A stretch of DNA of 64,000 nucleotides from Salinivirgaceae bacterium (GCA_017645945.1 JAGCNL010000087.1:11847-75846); one strand, 5' to 3'; shown: positions 36,236 through 46,717, numbered from the stretch's first letter. Program-made: numbers and translations. Notes: a model not told the origin generated them from the sequence alone.

Positions 36236-37477
36236 CTTGCGCTCGTATTGGTTTATGATGCGCAGATACCAAACAATTTGATAACCGACAACGCAAAATC
36301 CCACAGCGCAATAAAGGGCAATGGCAATAGCAAAACTATTCATCAGAATGCCTGTCAGTAGTGCACAAGCCCTTAAAATCAGATAGATAACTTCAATAAT
36401 TGCGGACGTCCTCTGTTTTTGGAAAATATCAGGAATGAAAGCAATGGACGAACCGATGCAAATCACGGCAAGCCATGGCAGCATCAGTCTGATATACAGC
36501 GCCGTATCGTCCCAGCCATTGCCAAGAAACCAATTTGTAAGCCACGGCAGTATGAAATACAGTATTGCAAAACATGGAACGACCACGAAAAATGTGTTGC
36601 GGATGAACTTGCTGAAAAAGCGCTTTATACTTTCGCCTCGCCGAACTTGCTCTGCAGTGCGTTGAAAAAGAACCTGATAGAGCGATGCAGAAATCATATT
36701 CAAAGGACGAAAGGCGAGAGTCAGTGCCATCCCGAAAAATCCGATGTGGCTCATGCCGAAAAACGGAGCAAGAAGCAGAACTGGCAGATTACCGCTTACA
36801 TTGTTGATGAGGGTGCGCGGCAGCGAGTACTTTGGAAAATTGGCGTATTCGCGGGCCATCTGGCGGCATTCGGATTTGTCAAACGTGAGCAGCGGGCGGA
36901 TGGCTGAGCGGAAAGTGGTGGCAATATTGGCAGCAAGGGCAATGACAGGTGCCAAAACCGAGCCCACGATCAGACCATTGCCCAAGAAACGCGCCAATCC
37001 CCATTTCAAGCCAGCGCTGGTGGTGCATTGTGTTATCTGATAAGCACTTACCGATGTGAACCGCTCATTTCGGGTGTGCCAATAGTTCAGCAGTGTCCAA
37101 ATCGAAATGACAAAAATGTAAATCGGTAGCATCCAATAACTTGCAGTCAGTTGAGGTGCATTCAGCAAGGTGCAAATCTTGCTTGCAAACGGAATCGACA
37201 GCACAAAAATCAAGCTGACAATCAGTGTGATGATAAATCCGACGTGAAAGCAAGCCACACTGCTTTTCTCGCTTTTCGGCAGCATAATTGAATTCTGATA
37301 TTCAGCGGTGGCAAACAATGTGGCAATGCCGCCAATTGTCAGGAACATATTCAGCGTGCCAAAATCTTCAGGCGAGTAAAGTCGCGTCAGAATAGGATAA
37401 ATCGCAATGCCGACAGTTTGCGCTATAATATTGGCTGTCAGTAGTCTCGATGTATTTTTGACTATGTTCGAGTTCAT
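36230..37477 (-). CDS. wzx: oligosaccharide flippase (Wzx; MOP/polysaccharide biosynthesis protein family)
   Basis: About 12 TM segments. N-terminus MNSNIVKNTSRLLTANIIAQTVGIAIYPILTRLYSPEDFG is typical of Wzx. ATG 37477 is preferred to the track's 37531, which would overlap the upstream gene. Confidence 0.85.
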   Translation of the reverse strand: MNSNIVKNTSRLLTANIIAQTVGIAIYPILTRLYSPEDFGTLNMFLTIGGIATLFATAEYQNSIMLPKSEKSSVACFHVGFIITLIVSLIFVLSIPFASKICTLLNAPQLTASYWMLPIYIFVISIWTLLNYWHTRNERFTSVSAYQITQCTTSAGLKWGLARFLGNGLIVGSVLAPVIALAANIATTFRSAIRPLLTFDKSECRQMAREYANFPKYSLPRTLINNVSGNLPVLLLAPFFGMSHIGFFGMALTLAFRPLNMISASLYQVLFQRTAEQVRRGESIKRFFSKFIRNTFFVVVPCFAILYFILPWLTNWFLGNGWDDTALYIRLMLPWLAVICIGSSIAFIPDIFQKQRTSAIIEVIYLILRACALLTGILMNSFAIAIALYCAVGFCVVGYQIVWYLRIINQYERKL

Positions 37478-37506
37478 TGGATTCACCTTTTCTGATTTGC
37501 CAAAAA

Positions 37507-40500
37507 TCACATCTTTGTCGCAACTACGCAAACTTTTTTCTCTTTCTTCACTTTGCCGTCAAGGTCGAACATCTCGCAGTAAATCACGTAGATACCCGTC
37601 GGTACGCGGCGATTGTTGTCGTCAAGGCCATCCCATGCCCAAAAACCATCAGTGCCAAGCAACTGATTGTTAACTAAAGTTCGTATTTTCAAACCTTTAG
37701 CATTGAAAATGGTAACATTGGCCACGTAGCCGGCTTCACCAGTGTTGTAGGCAATTTCAAGCTGGTCTTCAAAGCCGTCGTTGTCGGGCGAGAAAACATC
37801 GCTGTTGAGACTCACGAGTGCGTCGCTGTCAGTTGAAATGGGGCGCGCGGCTGAATTTGGCAGTCCTGGAGTGGCCCAACCAACCTGTTCCGATGCCGAA
37901 TGCCAGTTACCTTGATTATCAGCAGGTTGCTCATTGTCAATGCGTTCAAGACTGACTCCGTTCAAATCTTTAAGCAATCCGAAGTGCATTTTGCTTGAGT
38001 AGTTCACTTCGTCGAATATGTTGCCAGCGGTATCAGCAAGCACAATGTTGCCTTCGCCATCGGGCATCGACGGCAGCGCTACCACTTGATACAACTCACC
38101 GTGGTTGTAGGTCGCGGCAATGTTGGCTATGTCGGTCGAGATGGCTATATAACTGTTCGGCTGCAAAATAGAGCCAAATCCATCGATGTTTTTCGGATTT
38201 TTCAGATTGCCGTCGGTGCGGGTAGCCAATACAAGTTCGGCAATATTCACAGCGTGGTCAGAGCGGTTGTAAAGTTCCACAAAGTCAGCTCCGTTGGGAT
38301 AAGGATTGAATAATATTTCGCTGATTATCAAATCGTTCGTTTCTGCTTTCTTCGGCACGGCAAACTGGGCGGAATTTGTGCCGATTTTGTTCCCAGCAAT
38401 ATCAGTCAACGTTGAATCAACGGATAGCGTATATATGTCATCTTCAGACAGTTCATTGTCGAGTTTGACAACAACTGTTGCCAAATCAGTGGCTGATGTC
38501 TGTACGTATGTGGCAGTGCAACCCGCTGGTTCAATATCGAGCATTTCTGGGTGGCCGTTGATTGTAACTGGCTCGCTGAAAAATAGTTGCAGAGTTTTTT
38601 CGGCTGTGGGAACCACTCGTATCAATTGCGGTCTGACATTGTCTGCAATAGTCCGTTTTATTGAATTTCGTGCGCCAGGTGTGCCACCATTCGAACTTTC
38701 GCTTTGCGCCCAATTCTCGGTAGACTCGTCGGCATTGTCAATGTCGATGCGCTCAAGGCTGTAGCCGCCAGCAGCCTTCAGATCATCGGCAAACCAGTTT
38801 TGCTTGTAGTTGGTTTGGCAAACGGGATGGTCGTCAGCATCGAAGATGGTGATTGAACCAGATTGCGCCAATGTAGGCAATTTGCTTACGTTCACCACAT
38901 TGCCATATTTCTGCAAGCTGTTGTCGCTGCCGACTTTGGTCAGAATGGCGTAATTATTTGCGCCAATCGTTCCGTCATCAATGGCGTAGTACTTGTTGCC
39001 AATGCGAATATTGAAGTTTACCAGATGAATGTCAAAATCGCTGCGGTTGTAAAGCTCAATCCACTCATTTTCAGGCAGTCCAGCCGACGGCCCGGGTGTA
39101 GCCATAATTTCGCTTATTACAAGGTCGTAGAACTGTGTTTTGTGGTATGTGAATCGGATTGTGGTGTCTTTCATTACGTTACCGCACTCATCAGTCAGTT
39201 TTGAAACTTTAATTTCATGCTGAACATCGGATTTGAACTGTGTGCTATAAATCACCGTTAACTTATTGTTTTCGAATGAGAAAGCGCCAGGTTTCCACGA
39301 GCCAAACTGGTAATTGTCGCCCGAAGTCATTGAATTGTAGGTCGGTGTTTCCGAAAATTCGAGTTGCAACTGGTTGTCGGCAACAGGCATAAGGTTCACA
39401 ATTTTGACGGGTGTGTTGTCTATATTTTTGGCATACACTGAGTTGCGTTGGCCAGGCGTGCCTCCGCATGGGTCGGTTGAGAAGGCCCAGTTGCTCCAGC
39501 TGCCGCAGTTATTTTCGTAGTCGATGCGCTCGAACGCCCAACCTCCGCCGTTTTTATCGGCATCGATAATTGATTTTTCGGTGTACGTGAGGCTGTCAAT
39601 TGTGCGGCCTTCTGGCGATACGAGTCGCAGTGTGCGTCCTGTGTTGGTCAGGTTCGACGATGTTATGGCGCCAACCGTCTTGCCGAAAATGCGGAAAGTG
39701 TCGGCGGCAGCGGCAGTTGTAATAATCAGATATTCTCCGCTATTTATCGTTGAATCAGGCATTTTGCGCACCGCACCGCTGATGTCGAGCGTCCAGCCTT
39801 TGAGTTCGATGTTGTTCTTGCTGCGGTTGTAGATTTCCAGATAGTCGGCGTTGGGCAGCATTCCGTCGGTTGGGTTGAACATCAACTCATTGAATACCAA
39901 ATCGTAGGGTTTTGCTGGTAGGGTGTATTTGAACTCCATTTGTTGAGGTTCCATCGGCAGACCATTTCGGCCAATCACGCCCGAAATTGCCAGAGTGTGA
40001 GTGCCTGCGTTAAGCGCTTTTGTTTTGATTGTAACATTGTGCGGCACAGCCTCATTGAGTTGGACACTTAGGACCGCTTTGCCATCAATTGTGTAATTGG
40101 CTGCATTGGTTGCCGTCAGCGAATCGGGCAGACCCGAAAATTCGGCTTCAATGGTCTGATTGTCGATACAAATAGCTGATTGCAGGGTGATTGGCGCGGC
40201 CTGTCTCACAATGTCTGGCTTGCTAACCCAAAGTAGGCCTGCTCGCGTTTTCGAATAGTTAAAAAGGTAGCCTTGATAGGCTAAATCGCTGTAAGTGTTA
40301 TCGATAAAGTCATCGCTAACGATGGTGTCGGTTGAGGTTTCGGGGTTGACAATGTAACTTAACGTCCAAACGCCTTTGGGTGAACGTGTTACAATCATCG
40401 CCACGTCCGAATTTTCACCCCATAGGTAGCGAGTTTTGTAGAGAACGGTTTTGGTGCCATTGGCATCGATACGGCAGAAAATCAAATTCTTCGCACTTTC

Positions 40501-40905
40501 TGTAATGCATACGCCAACTGCGTAACCTCTTGTCTTGTTGTTGGATAAATCAGCGTCGGAAGCCATCAGCCAATAGCAGAATTTGTTGGTGGTTGTGGGT
40601 TCGAACTGCGATGTGATGCGGAATTTCCAAGTTGTGGCGCCGTTGCCAAACTTGCTGTCGATTTCCGATGAAAGATAACTTTTCCCTGCAACCCCTTCCA
40701 GATTATGCTTGATGAGCGAACCATTTGAAATCCAGTCGGTTGTATCTTTCCAACCATCAAGAATGTGCCCGTTCCCATTGTCCGTAAAAAGCGTATCTAC
40801 GGGCAATTTATTATCAGTCAAATCATTAGCATAAATTCTGCTACCATCGGCGCTGCCAAAAAATATTGACAGACAAATTAGACAGAGAGAAAATTTTTTA
40901 TTCAT
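37507..40905 (-). CDS. secreted protein with three lamin-tail domains (LTD) and an FlgD-Ig-like C-terminal domain
   Basis: Start ATG 40905 (MNKKFSLCLICLSIFFGSADG signal), not 40971. There are three LTD cores: LVFNELMFNP..DYLEIYNRS (39439-39906), LVISEIMATP..EWIELYNRS (38662-39126) and LIISEILFNP..DFVELYNRS (37852-38334). Each is preceded by an Ig-like segment and ends in GTPG..NS. The C-terminus VFSPDNDGFEDQLEIAY...WAWDGLDDNNRRVPTGIYV is FlgD-Ig-like. Confidence 0.8.
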   Translation of the reverse strand: MNKKFSLCLICLSIFFGSADGSRIYANDLTDNKLPVDTLFTDNGNGHILDGWKDTTDWISNGSLIKHNLEGVAGKSYLSSEIDSKFGNGATTWKFRITSQFEPTTTNKFCYWLMASDADLSNNKTRGYAVGVCITESAKNLIFCRIDANGTKTVLYKTRYLWGENSDVAMIVTRSPKGVWTLSYIVNPETSTDTIVSDDFIDNTYSDLAYQGYLFNYSKTRAGLLWVSKPDIVRQAAPITLQSAICIDNQTIEAEFSGLPDSLTATNAANYTIDGKAVLSVQLNEAVPHNVTIKTKALNAGTHTLAISGVIGRNGLPMEPQQMEFKYTLPAKPYDLVFNELMFNPTDGMLPNADYLEIYNRSKNNIELKGWTLDISGAVRKMPDSTINSGEYLIITTAAAADTFRIFGKTVGAITSSNLTNTGRTLRLVSPEGRTIDSLTYTEKSIIDADKNGGGWAFERIDYENNCGSWSNWAFSTDPCGGTPGQRNSVYAKNIDNTPVKIVNLMPVADNQLQLEFSETPTYNSMTSGDNYQFGSWKPGAFSFENNKLTVIYSTQFKSDVQHEIKVSKLTDECGNVMKDTTIRFTYHKTQFYDLVISEIMATPGPSAGLPENEWIELYNRSDFDIHLVNFNIRIGNKYYAIDDGTIGANNYAILTKVGSDNSLQKYGNVVNVSKLPTLAQSGSITIFDADDHPVCQTNYKQNWFADDLKAAGGYSLERIDIDNADESTENWAQSESSNGGTPGARNSIKRTIADNVRPQLIRVVPTAEKTLQLFFSEPVTINGHPEMLDIEPAGCTATYVQTSATDLATVVVKLDNELSEDDIYTLSVDSTLTDIAGNKIGTNSAQFAVPKKAETNDLIISEILFNPYPNGADFVELYNRSDHAVNIAELVLATRTDGNLKNPKNIDGFGSILQPNSYIAISTDIANIAATYNHGELYQVVALPSMPDGEGNIVLADTAGNIFDEVNYSSKMHFGLLKDLNGVSLERIDNEQPADNQGNWHSASEQVGWATPGLPNSAARPISTDSDALVSLNSDVFSPDNDGFEDQLEIAYNTGEAGYVANVTIFNAKGLKIRTLVNNQLLGTDGFWAWDGLDDNNRRVPTGIYVIYCEMFDLDGKVKKEKKVCVVATKM

Positions 40906-41038
40906 CTTTGTGACGTTAAAAAATGATAGATACTTGTTATACATCATTTTATAAATCAAATAAATATACAACGCATTACCTAATTTGTAATGTGCTAAAG
41001 ATAAGAAATAAAGCGAATAACAATAAAATAGTTTGACT

Positions 41039-42046
41039 ATGAAGATAGCCGTTGTAGGTGCCAGCGGTGCCGTTGGCCAGGAATTTTTGAAGATTTTGAA
41101 CGAGAGAAATCTTCCGATTGACGAGTTAGTGCTGTTCGGGTCGGCCCGCAGTGCTGGAACTTCTTACGAATTCAAGGGTAAGAAAATTGTGGTTAAAGAG
41201 TTGAAACACAACGATGATTTCAAAGACATCGACATTGCTTTGACATCGGCAGGCGCCAGCACTTCGAAAGAATATGAGAAGACCATCACAAAGTATGGCT
41301 GCATTATGATTGACAACTCGAGCGCGTTCCGTATGGACACTGACGTTCCTTTGGTTGTGCCCGAAGTGAACCCAGAGGACGCACTGAACGCACCGCGCAA
41401 TGTTATTGCCAACCCGAACTGCACAACCATTATTATGGTGGTGGTTCTGAAGGCTTTAGAGCAGTTGTCGCACATCAAGCGCGTACATGTTGCAAGTTAT
41501 CAGAGCGCAAGTGGCGCTGGTGCGATGGGTATGGCAGAACTCGACCAGCAGATTAAAGATTATGCCGCAGGCAAAGAATTGACAGTCAATAAATTCTCGT
41601 CACAGTTGCTTTACAATGTCATTCCTCACATCGATGTCTTCACCGACAACGATTACACCAAGGAAGAGATGAAAATGTATAACGAGACCAAGAAGATTAT
41701 GCACTCTGACATTGCTGTGAGCGCCACTTGCGTGCGTGTTCCTGTGATGCGTGCCCACTCGGAGGCTGTTTGGTGTGAGACAGAGAAGCCTGTTTCGCCA
41801 GCTGATTTCCGTGCCGCTTGTGCGAAAGCCGCTGGAGTGACAGTTGTGGACAACCCGGCAAACAAAGAGTACCCGATGCCGCTTTTCGTTGCAGGTCAGG
41901 ACAATGTGTCGGTAGGCCGTATCCGCGCCGACATTGCCAATCCCAACGGAATCACCTTCTGGTGCGTTGGCGACCAAATCCGCAAGGGTGCCGCTCTGAA
42001 CGCCGTGCAGATTGCTGAATATCTGATTTCTAAGAAATTTAAATAA
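41039..42046 (+). CDS. asd: aspartate-semialdehyde dehydrogenase
   Basis: [16 protein letters not shown] (Rossmann fold), active-site NPNCTT, and [12 protein letters not shown] 41039 is preferred to TTG 41033. Confidence 0.95.
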   Translation: MKIAVVGASGAVGQEFLKILNERNLPIDELVLFGSARSAGTSYEFKGKKIVVKELKHNDDFKDIDIALTSAGASTSKEYEKTITKYGCIMIDNSSAFRMDTDVPLVVPEVNPEDALNAPRNVIANPNCTTIIMVVVLKALEQLSHIKRVHVASYQSASGAGAMGMAELDQQIKDYAAGKELTVNKFSSQLLYNVIPHIDVFTDNDYTKEEMKMYNETKKIMHSDIAVSATCVRVPVMRAHSEAVWCETEKPVSPADFRAACAKAAGVTVVDNPANKEYPMPLFVAGQDNVSVGRIRADIANPNGITFWCVGDQIRKGAALNAVQIAEYLISKKFK

Positions 42047-42078
42047 GGCAAAGCGATTGCCGCCTTAATAATTGAAAA

Positions 42079-42112
42079 ATCCGCTGTGGCTTGTGGCTAC
42101 AGCGGATTTTTT
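42079..42112 (+). terminator. rho-independent terminator after asd
   Basis: CCGCTGTGGC-TTGT-GGCTACAGCGG (42081-42105, one wobble) is followed by TTTTTT. Confidence 0.65.
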
Positions 42113-42171
42113 GTTGCCTTATGCGATTGATGCATTTATCCGTTGACCAAATTGTCAGCGATGCAATTTTG

Positions 42172-42459
42172 TTATTTGCTTTTGCTGAGTTTTGTCATTC
42201 GCTCGATAAATTCAGCCACTTTCTGGCGGACGTCGTTGCGGATGGCTTTCATGTTGTCGCCGCGTTCCTCGGGTTTGTTTTTGCGCACAGCATTGATGTC
42301 AGTCAGAGCCTTGCCGTAATAAGCCAAAATGTCGTTTACCAGGTCTTCGGTGGCCTTGATGTCGACGTTCGGAACCAGCATTGTGTATGCTACGCATTCA
42401 CTAATCATCTCTTTGACAATGAAACAGATGTCACCTTTAAGTTGTCTTTTGCTTGCCAT
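42172..42459 (-). CDS. hypothetical small helical protein
   Basis: A 95-aa ORF with charged, helical-looking composition. It lies downstream of and co-oriented with the nucleoid-associated protein gene. I recognise no family. The opposite-strand 158-aa ORF looks like non-coding translation. Confidence 0.5.
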   Translation of the reverse strand: MASKRQLKGDICFIVKEMISECVAYTMLVPNVDIKATEDLVNDILAYYGKALTDINAVRKNKPEERGDNMKAIRNDVRQKVAEFIERMTKLSKSK

Positions 42460-42543
42460 AGTTATTATGTTTTAAGTTTTCGAAGTTTTGTGTTGAATAT
42501 TAATGTTTTACGATCTTTTTCACTTTTGCCTGATGCCAGATTA

Positions 42544-43590
42544 TCACTCTTCGTTACTAAAGAATAACTTGTAGAATTTCAATCCTTTGTGTTCGTCGAA
42601 TCCTTTCTCGATGTAGTCTGGGTTGGCGTGTACGTAGATGTGGAAATTCTTGTCGAGTTTAATCACGCTTCGGAAATATTTTTTGCCGCGTTTGACGGCC
42701 TCGCCCGAAATTTCGAACTGGTCAATCGGAGAGAGCATCTTCTGGTTTTCAAACTTGCGCTTGTAGTCCTCGAATGCAGCGCTAACTTGTTCGTTGCCAA
42801 TAACATCGTTCTTAAACTGCTCGCTGTCGAAAAAGTCGTTGGTGTTGAAGAACTGCTCGGCGCGCTTCATAAAAGTCACCTGGTCGGCCTTGTCAACCTT
42901 GTTTTGCGATGTGAGCATGTCGTGACTGAAATTCTTGCAGATGTCGAACAGTTGGTTGGTCTGGTAATATTCATTCTCGCGCGGCATCACGTTCAGGAAG
43001 CTCTCGCGCCAGTACATTGCCTCGTCGCCGCGGTTGGTGCTGTCAACAATGGCCACTTGATAGCCAGTCTCTCGCTCGTTGTTCAGAATCAGACAGCCCT
43101 TGTCTAACTTCTTGATATTGATGCCACTTTCGTATTCTACACCATAGTTGTCGCCCTGCTGGCAAACCTTTATATATGTGTCTTTGTTTTCCGATTTGAA
43201 GATTCCGATTGCATCAACTGCCACACCGTCAATCTGTATCCCGCTGAAATACACCATATAAAACTCACCAGTCTTGATGTTCGGGTGGTTCGATTTCTCG
43301 TACAGATGCCACGCAATGTTGGTCGATTGCTGGTAGAACTGCGCATTGTCGTCGAACACCTTGCTGACGAAATCGTAAACCGCATTTTGCTGTAAATCTT
43401 CGTTATCCACAAACTGATAGAAGTATTCGGTCTTGAAATGCGACAGGAAATATGTCTTTAGGATGTCCTCGGCAGTTTCGTCAAAAATCTGCGTCGGAGC
43501 TTTTGAAATCTGCACTCCCTGCTCCTCGGAGCGGCTGCCTATGTTGTGCACAACAATCTGATTCAGTGTTACTTCGCTATAATCAAGCAT
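42544..43590 (-). CDS. nucleoid-associated protein (YejK/NdpA-like)
   Basis: 348 aa. The N-terminus LNQIVVHNIGSRSEEQGVQISK and overall length match my recollection of the 37-kDa nucleoid-associated family. Confidence 0.7.
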   Translation of the reverse strand: MLDYSEVTLNQIVVHNIGSRSEEQGVQISKAPTQIFDETAEDILKTYFLSHFKTEYFYQFVDNEDLQQNAVYDFVSKVFDDNAQFYQQSTNIAWHLYEKSNHPNIKTGEFYMVYFSGIQIDGVAVDAIGIFKSENKDTYIKVCQQGDNYGVEYESGINIKKLDKGCLILNNERETGYQVAIVDSTNRGDEAMYWRESFLNVMPRENEYYQTNQLFDICKNFSHDMLTSQNKVDKADQVTFMKRAEQFFNTNDFFDSEQFKNDVIGNEQVSAAFEDYKRKFENQKMLSPIDQFEISGEAVKRGKKYFRSVIKLDKNFHIYVHANPDYIEKGFDEHKGLKFYKLFFSNEE

Positions 43591-43742
43591 GATGGTGATA
43601 TTTTAGTTTGCAAATGTAATAAAAGGTTTGCCAAAAAGCCTTCTTATTTCAGAAAGGAGTTAAGGTCAAAACCATAAAAAAGCCCGACAAACTATTGTCT
43701 GCCAGGCTTTATCAATTACTTTATTTTTCAGTAAATCAATTC

Positions 43743-45215
43743 TTAATAAGCAATTGCAAACAATACGCGCTGCTTCGATGGTTTGCCAGTCAGAATGCAC
43801 TTGCCTTCCTCGAGTGGATTGCCCAACGGAATGCAGCGGATGGTGGCCTTTGTCTTCTCCTTGATAGCAACCTCGGTTTCGGTGGTGCCGTCCCAGTGAG
43901 CCGACACAAAACCACCTTTTTCGAGAGCTGCCTCAAACTCTTCCCAAGTGTCAACTTTGGTGATGTTTGCGGTGCGGAAATCGAGAGCTTTCTTGTAGAT
44001 GTTAGCCTGAATGTCATCCATCAGCTTGGTGCAGATGTCAATGGCCTGGCCAACCGGATAGGTCTCTTTCTCGAGAGTGTCGCGGCGGGCAATCTCAACG
44101 GTGCCGTTCTCAAGGTCGCGTGCGCCAAAGGCGATACGTACCGGAACGCCCTGCAACTCGTACTGTGCGAACTTCCAGCCTGGTTTCTGAGTGTCGCGGT
44201 CGTCGAACTTCACTGACAGACCTTTGGCCTCGAGGTCAGCTTTGAGTTTGTTGCCAAGCTCACGCATTTTTGCGTTCTCCTCGTCGCCTTTGAAGATTGG
44301 CACGATAACAACCTGAATTGGAGCCAATTTCGGCGGCAGCACAAGACCGTTGTCATCGGAGTGCGACATGATGAGCGCACCCATCAAGCGGGTCGAAACG
44401 CCCCAGCTTGTAGCCCAAACCAGCTCTTGCTTGCCCTCTTTATTCAGGAATTTAACATCGAACGCTTTCGCGAAATTCTGACCAAGGAAGTGCGATGTTC
44501 CAGCCTGCAGCGCCTTGCCGTCCTGCATCAGAGCCTCGATGCAATAAGTGTCGAGTGCACCAGCGAAACGCTCGTTGGCGGTCTTCACGCCTTTGATAAC
44601 CGGCACGGCCATAAACTCTTCGGCGAATTTGGCATATACATCAAGCATCTTGCGGGCCTCAACCTCGGCTTCCTCTTTGGTGGCGTGGGCAGTGTGGCCT
44701 TCCTGCCAAAGGAATTCGGCTGTGCGAAGGAACAAGCGGGTGCGCATCTCCCAGCGAACCACGTTGGCCCATTGGTTGCACAGAATCGGAAGGTCGCGGT
44801 ACGACTGAATCCAGTTTTTATATGTGCTCCAGATGATGGTCTCCGATGTTGGGCGGACAATCAGTTCCTCTTCGAGTTTGGCTTCGGGGTCAACAATCAC
44901 GCCCGAGCCGTCGGGATTGGTTTTCAGGCGGTAGTGGGTAACCACGGCGCACTCCTTGGCAAAGCCCTCAACGTGGTCGGCCTCGCGGCTAAGGAACGAT
45001 TTCGGGATGAACAGCGGGAAATAGGCGTTCACGTGCCCAGTGTCCTTAAACATCTTATCGAGCGCGTCGTGCATCTTCTCCCAAATTGCATATCCATAAG
45101 GTTTTATCACCATACAGCCTCTCACGGCTGAATTTTCGGCCAAGTCGGCTTTTACAACCAACTCGTTGTACCATTGCGAGTAATTCTCGCTTCTCGAAGT
45201 CAAAAATTTGCCCAT
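43743..45215 (-). CDS. proS: proline--tRNA ligase (archaeal/eukaryote-like type)
   Basis: 490 aa. [36 protein letters not shown] at the N-terminus, class II motifs ([28 protein letters not shown]), and a C-terminal zinc-binding-type extension ending in Y. Confidence 0.95.
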   Translation of the reverse strand: MGKFLTSRSENYSQWYNELVVKADLAENSAVRGCMVIKPYGYAIWEKMHDALDKMFKDTGHVNAYFPLFIPKSFLSREADHVEGFAKECAVVTHYRLKTNPDGSGVIVDPEAKLEEELIVRPTSETIIWSTYKNWIQSYRDLPILCNQWANVVRWEMRTRLFLRTAEFLWQEGHTAHATKEEAEVEARKMLDVYAKFAEEFMAVPVIKGVKTANERFAGALDTYCIEALMQDGKALQAGTSHFLGQNFAKAFDVKFLNKEGKQELVWATSWGVSTRLMGALIMSHSDDNGLVLPPKLAPIQVVIVPIFKGDEENAKMRELGNKLKADLEAKGLSVKFDDRDTQKPGWKFAQYELQGVPVRIAFGARDLENGTVEIARRDTLEKETYPVGQAIDICTKLMDDIQANIYKKALDFRTANITKVDTWEEFEAALEKGGFVSAHWDGTTETEVAIKEKTKATIRCIPLGNPLEEGKCILTGKPSKQRVLFAIAY

Positions 45216-45385
45216 CGTCGTTTTATTTTGTATTTTATATTGTTTTTGCTAATTTTAACGTTTAATAATTTGGGTGCAAAGTAAATTAAAAGAGCGTAGG
45301 AGGGCTCTAAAAAATCACCGAAATTTGAAAATTAAAATGTGGCACAATTTTTGAGAAAAACTAATAAACCTAAAACCATACAACT

Positions 45386-46717
45386 ATGAAAAATCTAATT
45401 TTAATTTTAGTGGCAGCGGCGGCAACGGGGTTTGCTGCTTCCTGCGGTTCAACAGCGGGATTGTCGGGGTATTATTACGACGACGTTTATTTCAATCCCA
45501 AAACTGACATTAAACAGCAGACAAGCTATGCTCAGGCATCGGCACCAGAATCGGAAGAATACCAGATGGCAAAAGTCAACAGAGATTATGACAATGCCGA
45601 AAGCAATGATGGTGATGATGTCGATGACGGCGAGATGGGCGAGTACGAGCGCCGTCTGATGCGTTTCAGCGACGACTATGACGGAAAGTATTTCGCTGAT
45701 GGTGAGACAGATGTCAATGTGCAGCAAATCAATGTCCATGTCTATTATTGTGACCGTTGGAACTACGGCTGGGACGACCTTGCATGGGATCTGGCCTGGG
45801 ACTTGACGTTTGGATATCCTTATTCATGGCGTTATCGTCACCATTGGTACAATGATTATTGGTATTATGGATACCACCATTATCCTTACTCTTATTGGGA
45901 TTACTATTACGGATATTACGATCCGTGGTATTACCACCATTACTATCCGTACTATCACCATTATTATCCGGTGTATAGTTATCGTCACCACCATCATCAC
46001 AACTATGCCAGCAGCAAGAGTCACAATTATGGCCCAAGGCGGACTTCGACAACCAGTAGTCCGTCGTCGCGCGATGATCGGAATGTAACTCGTGGCAGAA
46101 GCGGTGAGGCACGGAATGGTGGCGGCAATAGCGGTAATGGCGGCAACTCTTCAAGTGTGGTTGGACATTCTGGAGGCGCAGGATCAACGAGAACGGCTGT
46201 TCGCGGACGCACCACAACTACCAACGGCTCTGTTTCGGAAAGCGGTGCAAGTCGGACATCATCTAATGGCCAGGCATCGAGCGGTAATAGTGGCAATGTA
46301 CGTTCAGGAAGTGCTTCATCATCAACAAAATCGGCTTCTACATCAACAACAACCCGCGGACGCAGTGTGCAGCAACAACCAAGCTCTACAGCTCGTACTG
46401 GTAAAGTGAGCACTGCAACACGCGGAACAAGTACAACCAGTAGCAGTAGCGGGACTTCACGTAGTAGCAGTTCTTCATACCAGTCAGGTTCTTCTTCGTC
46501 AAGTTCAGGATCATCGCGCAGCAGTTACAGCGGCAGCAGTAGCAGCAGCGGGTCTTCACGCAGTAGCAGCAGTTCTTCATACCGGTCAGGTTCTTCTTCG
46601 TCAAGTTCCGGATCATCGCACAGCAGTTACAGCGGCGGCAGCCACAGCAGTGGAGGTAGCCATAGTAGCGGCGGAAGTCACAGTAGTGGTGGCGGCGGTG
46701 GCCGTGGACGAAGATAA
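45386..46717 (+). CDS. extreme low-complexity lipoprotein (acidic segment, then W/Y/H-rich segment, then Ser/Gly/Thr/Arg-rich tail)
   Basis: 443 aa. The signal and lipobox read LVAAAATGFAASC. The acidic block is ESNDGDDVDDGEMGEYE. The aromatic/His block is WYYGYHHYPYSYWDYYYGYYDPWYYHHYYPYYHHYYPVYSYRHHHHHNY (about 45758-46022). The remainder is Ser-rich and ends GGGGGRGRR. A coding call is supported by the signal peptide and the long open frame, but composition makes it uncertain. Confidence 0.65.
   Translation: MKNLILILVAAAATGFAASCGSTAGLSGYYYDDVYFNPKTDIKQQTSYAQASAPESEEYQMAKVNRDYDNAESNDGDDVDDGEMGEYERRLMRFSDDYDGKYFADGETDVNVQQINVHVYYCDRWNYGWDDLAWDLAWDLTFGYPYSWRYRHHWYNDYWYYGYHHYPYSYWDYYYGYYDPWYYHHYYPYYHHYYPVYSYRHHHHHNYASSKSHNYGPRRTSTTSSPSSRDDRNVTRGRSGEARNGGGNSGNGGNSSSVVGHSGGAGSTRTAVRGRTTTTNGSVSESGASRTSSNGQASSGNSGNVRSGSASSSTKSASTSTTTRGRSVQQQPSSTARTGKVSTATRGTSTTSSSSGTSRSSSSSYQSGSSSSSSGSSRSSYSGSSSSSGSSRSSSSSSYRSGSSSSSSGSSHSSYSGGSHSSGGSHSSGGSHSSGGGGGRGRR
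46451..46640 (+). repeat. tandem ~99-bp direct duplication inside the Ser-rich tail, followed by 18-nt HSSGGS repeats
   Basis: GGGACTTCACGTAGTAGCAGTTCTTCATACCAGTCAGGTTCTTCTTCGTCAAGTTCAGGATCATCGCGCAGCAGTTACAGCGGCAGC starts at 46451. It recurs at 46550 with a few substitutions and one extra AGC. Three HSSGGS-coding units follow, to about 46690. Confidence 0.7.

Noticed and set aside
42091-42567. A 158-aa plus-strand ORF opposite the 95-aa hypothetical gene.
   Set aside because: It starts inside the asd terminator hairpin, and its translation is hydrophobic/His-Cys-rich and non-protein-like. The minus-strand 95-aa product has balanced, helical composition and is co-oriented with its neighbour.
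45729-46616. Several 60-160-aa ORFs on both strands inside the low-complexity lipoprotein gene (for example 45729-46217, 46027-46413, 46386-46616, 45810-46088).
   Set aside because: These are artefacts of repetitive, codon-biased sequence that stays open in several frames. Only the 45386 frame has a signal peptide/lipobox and spans the whole region.
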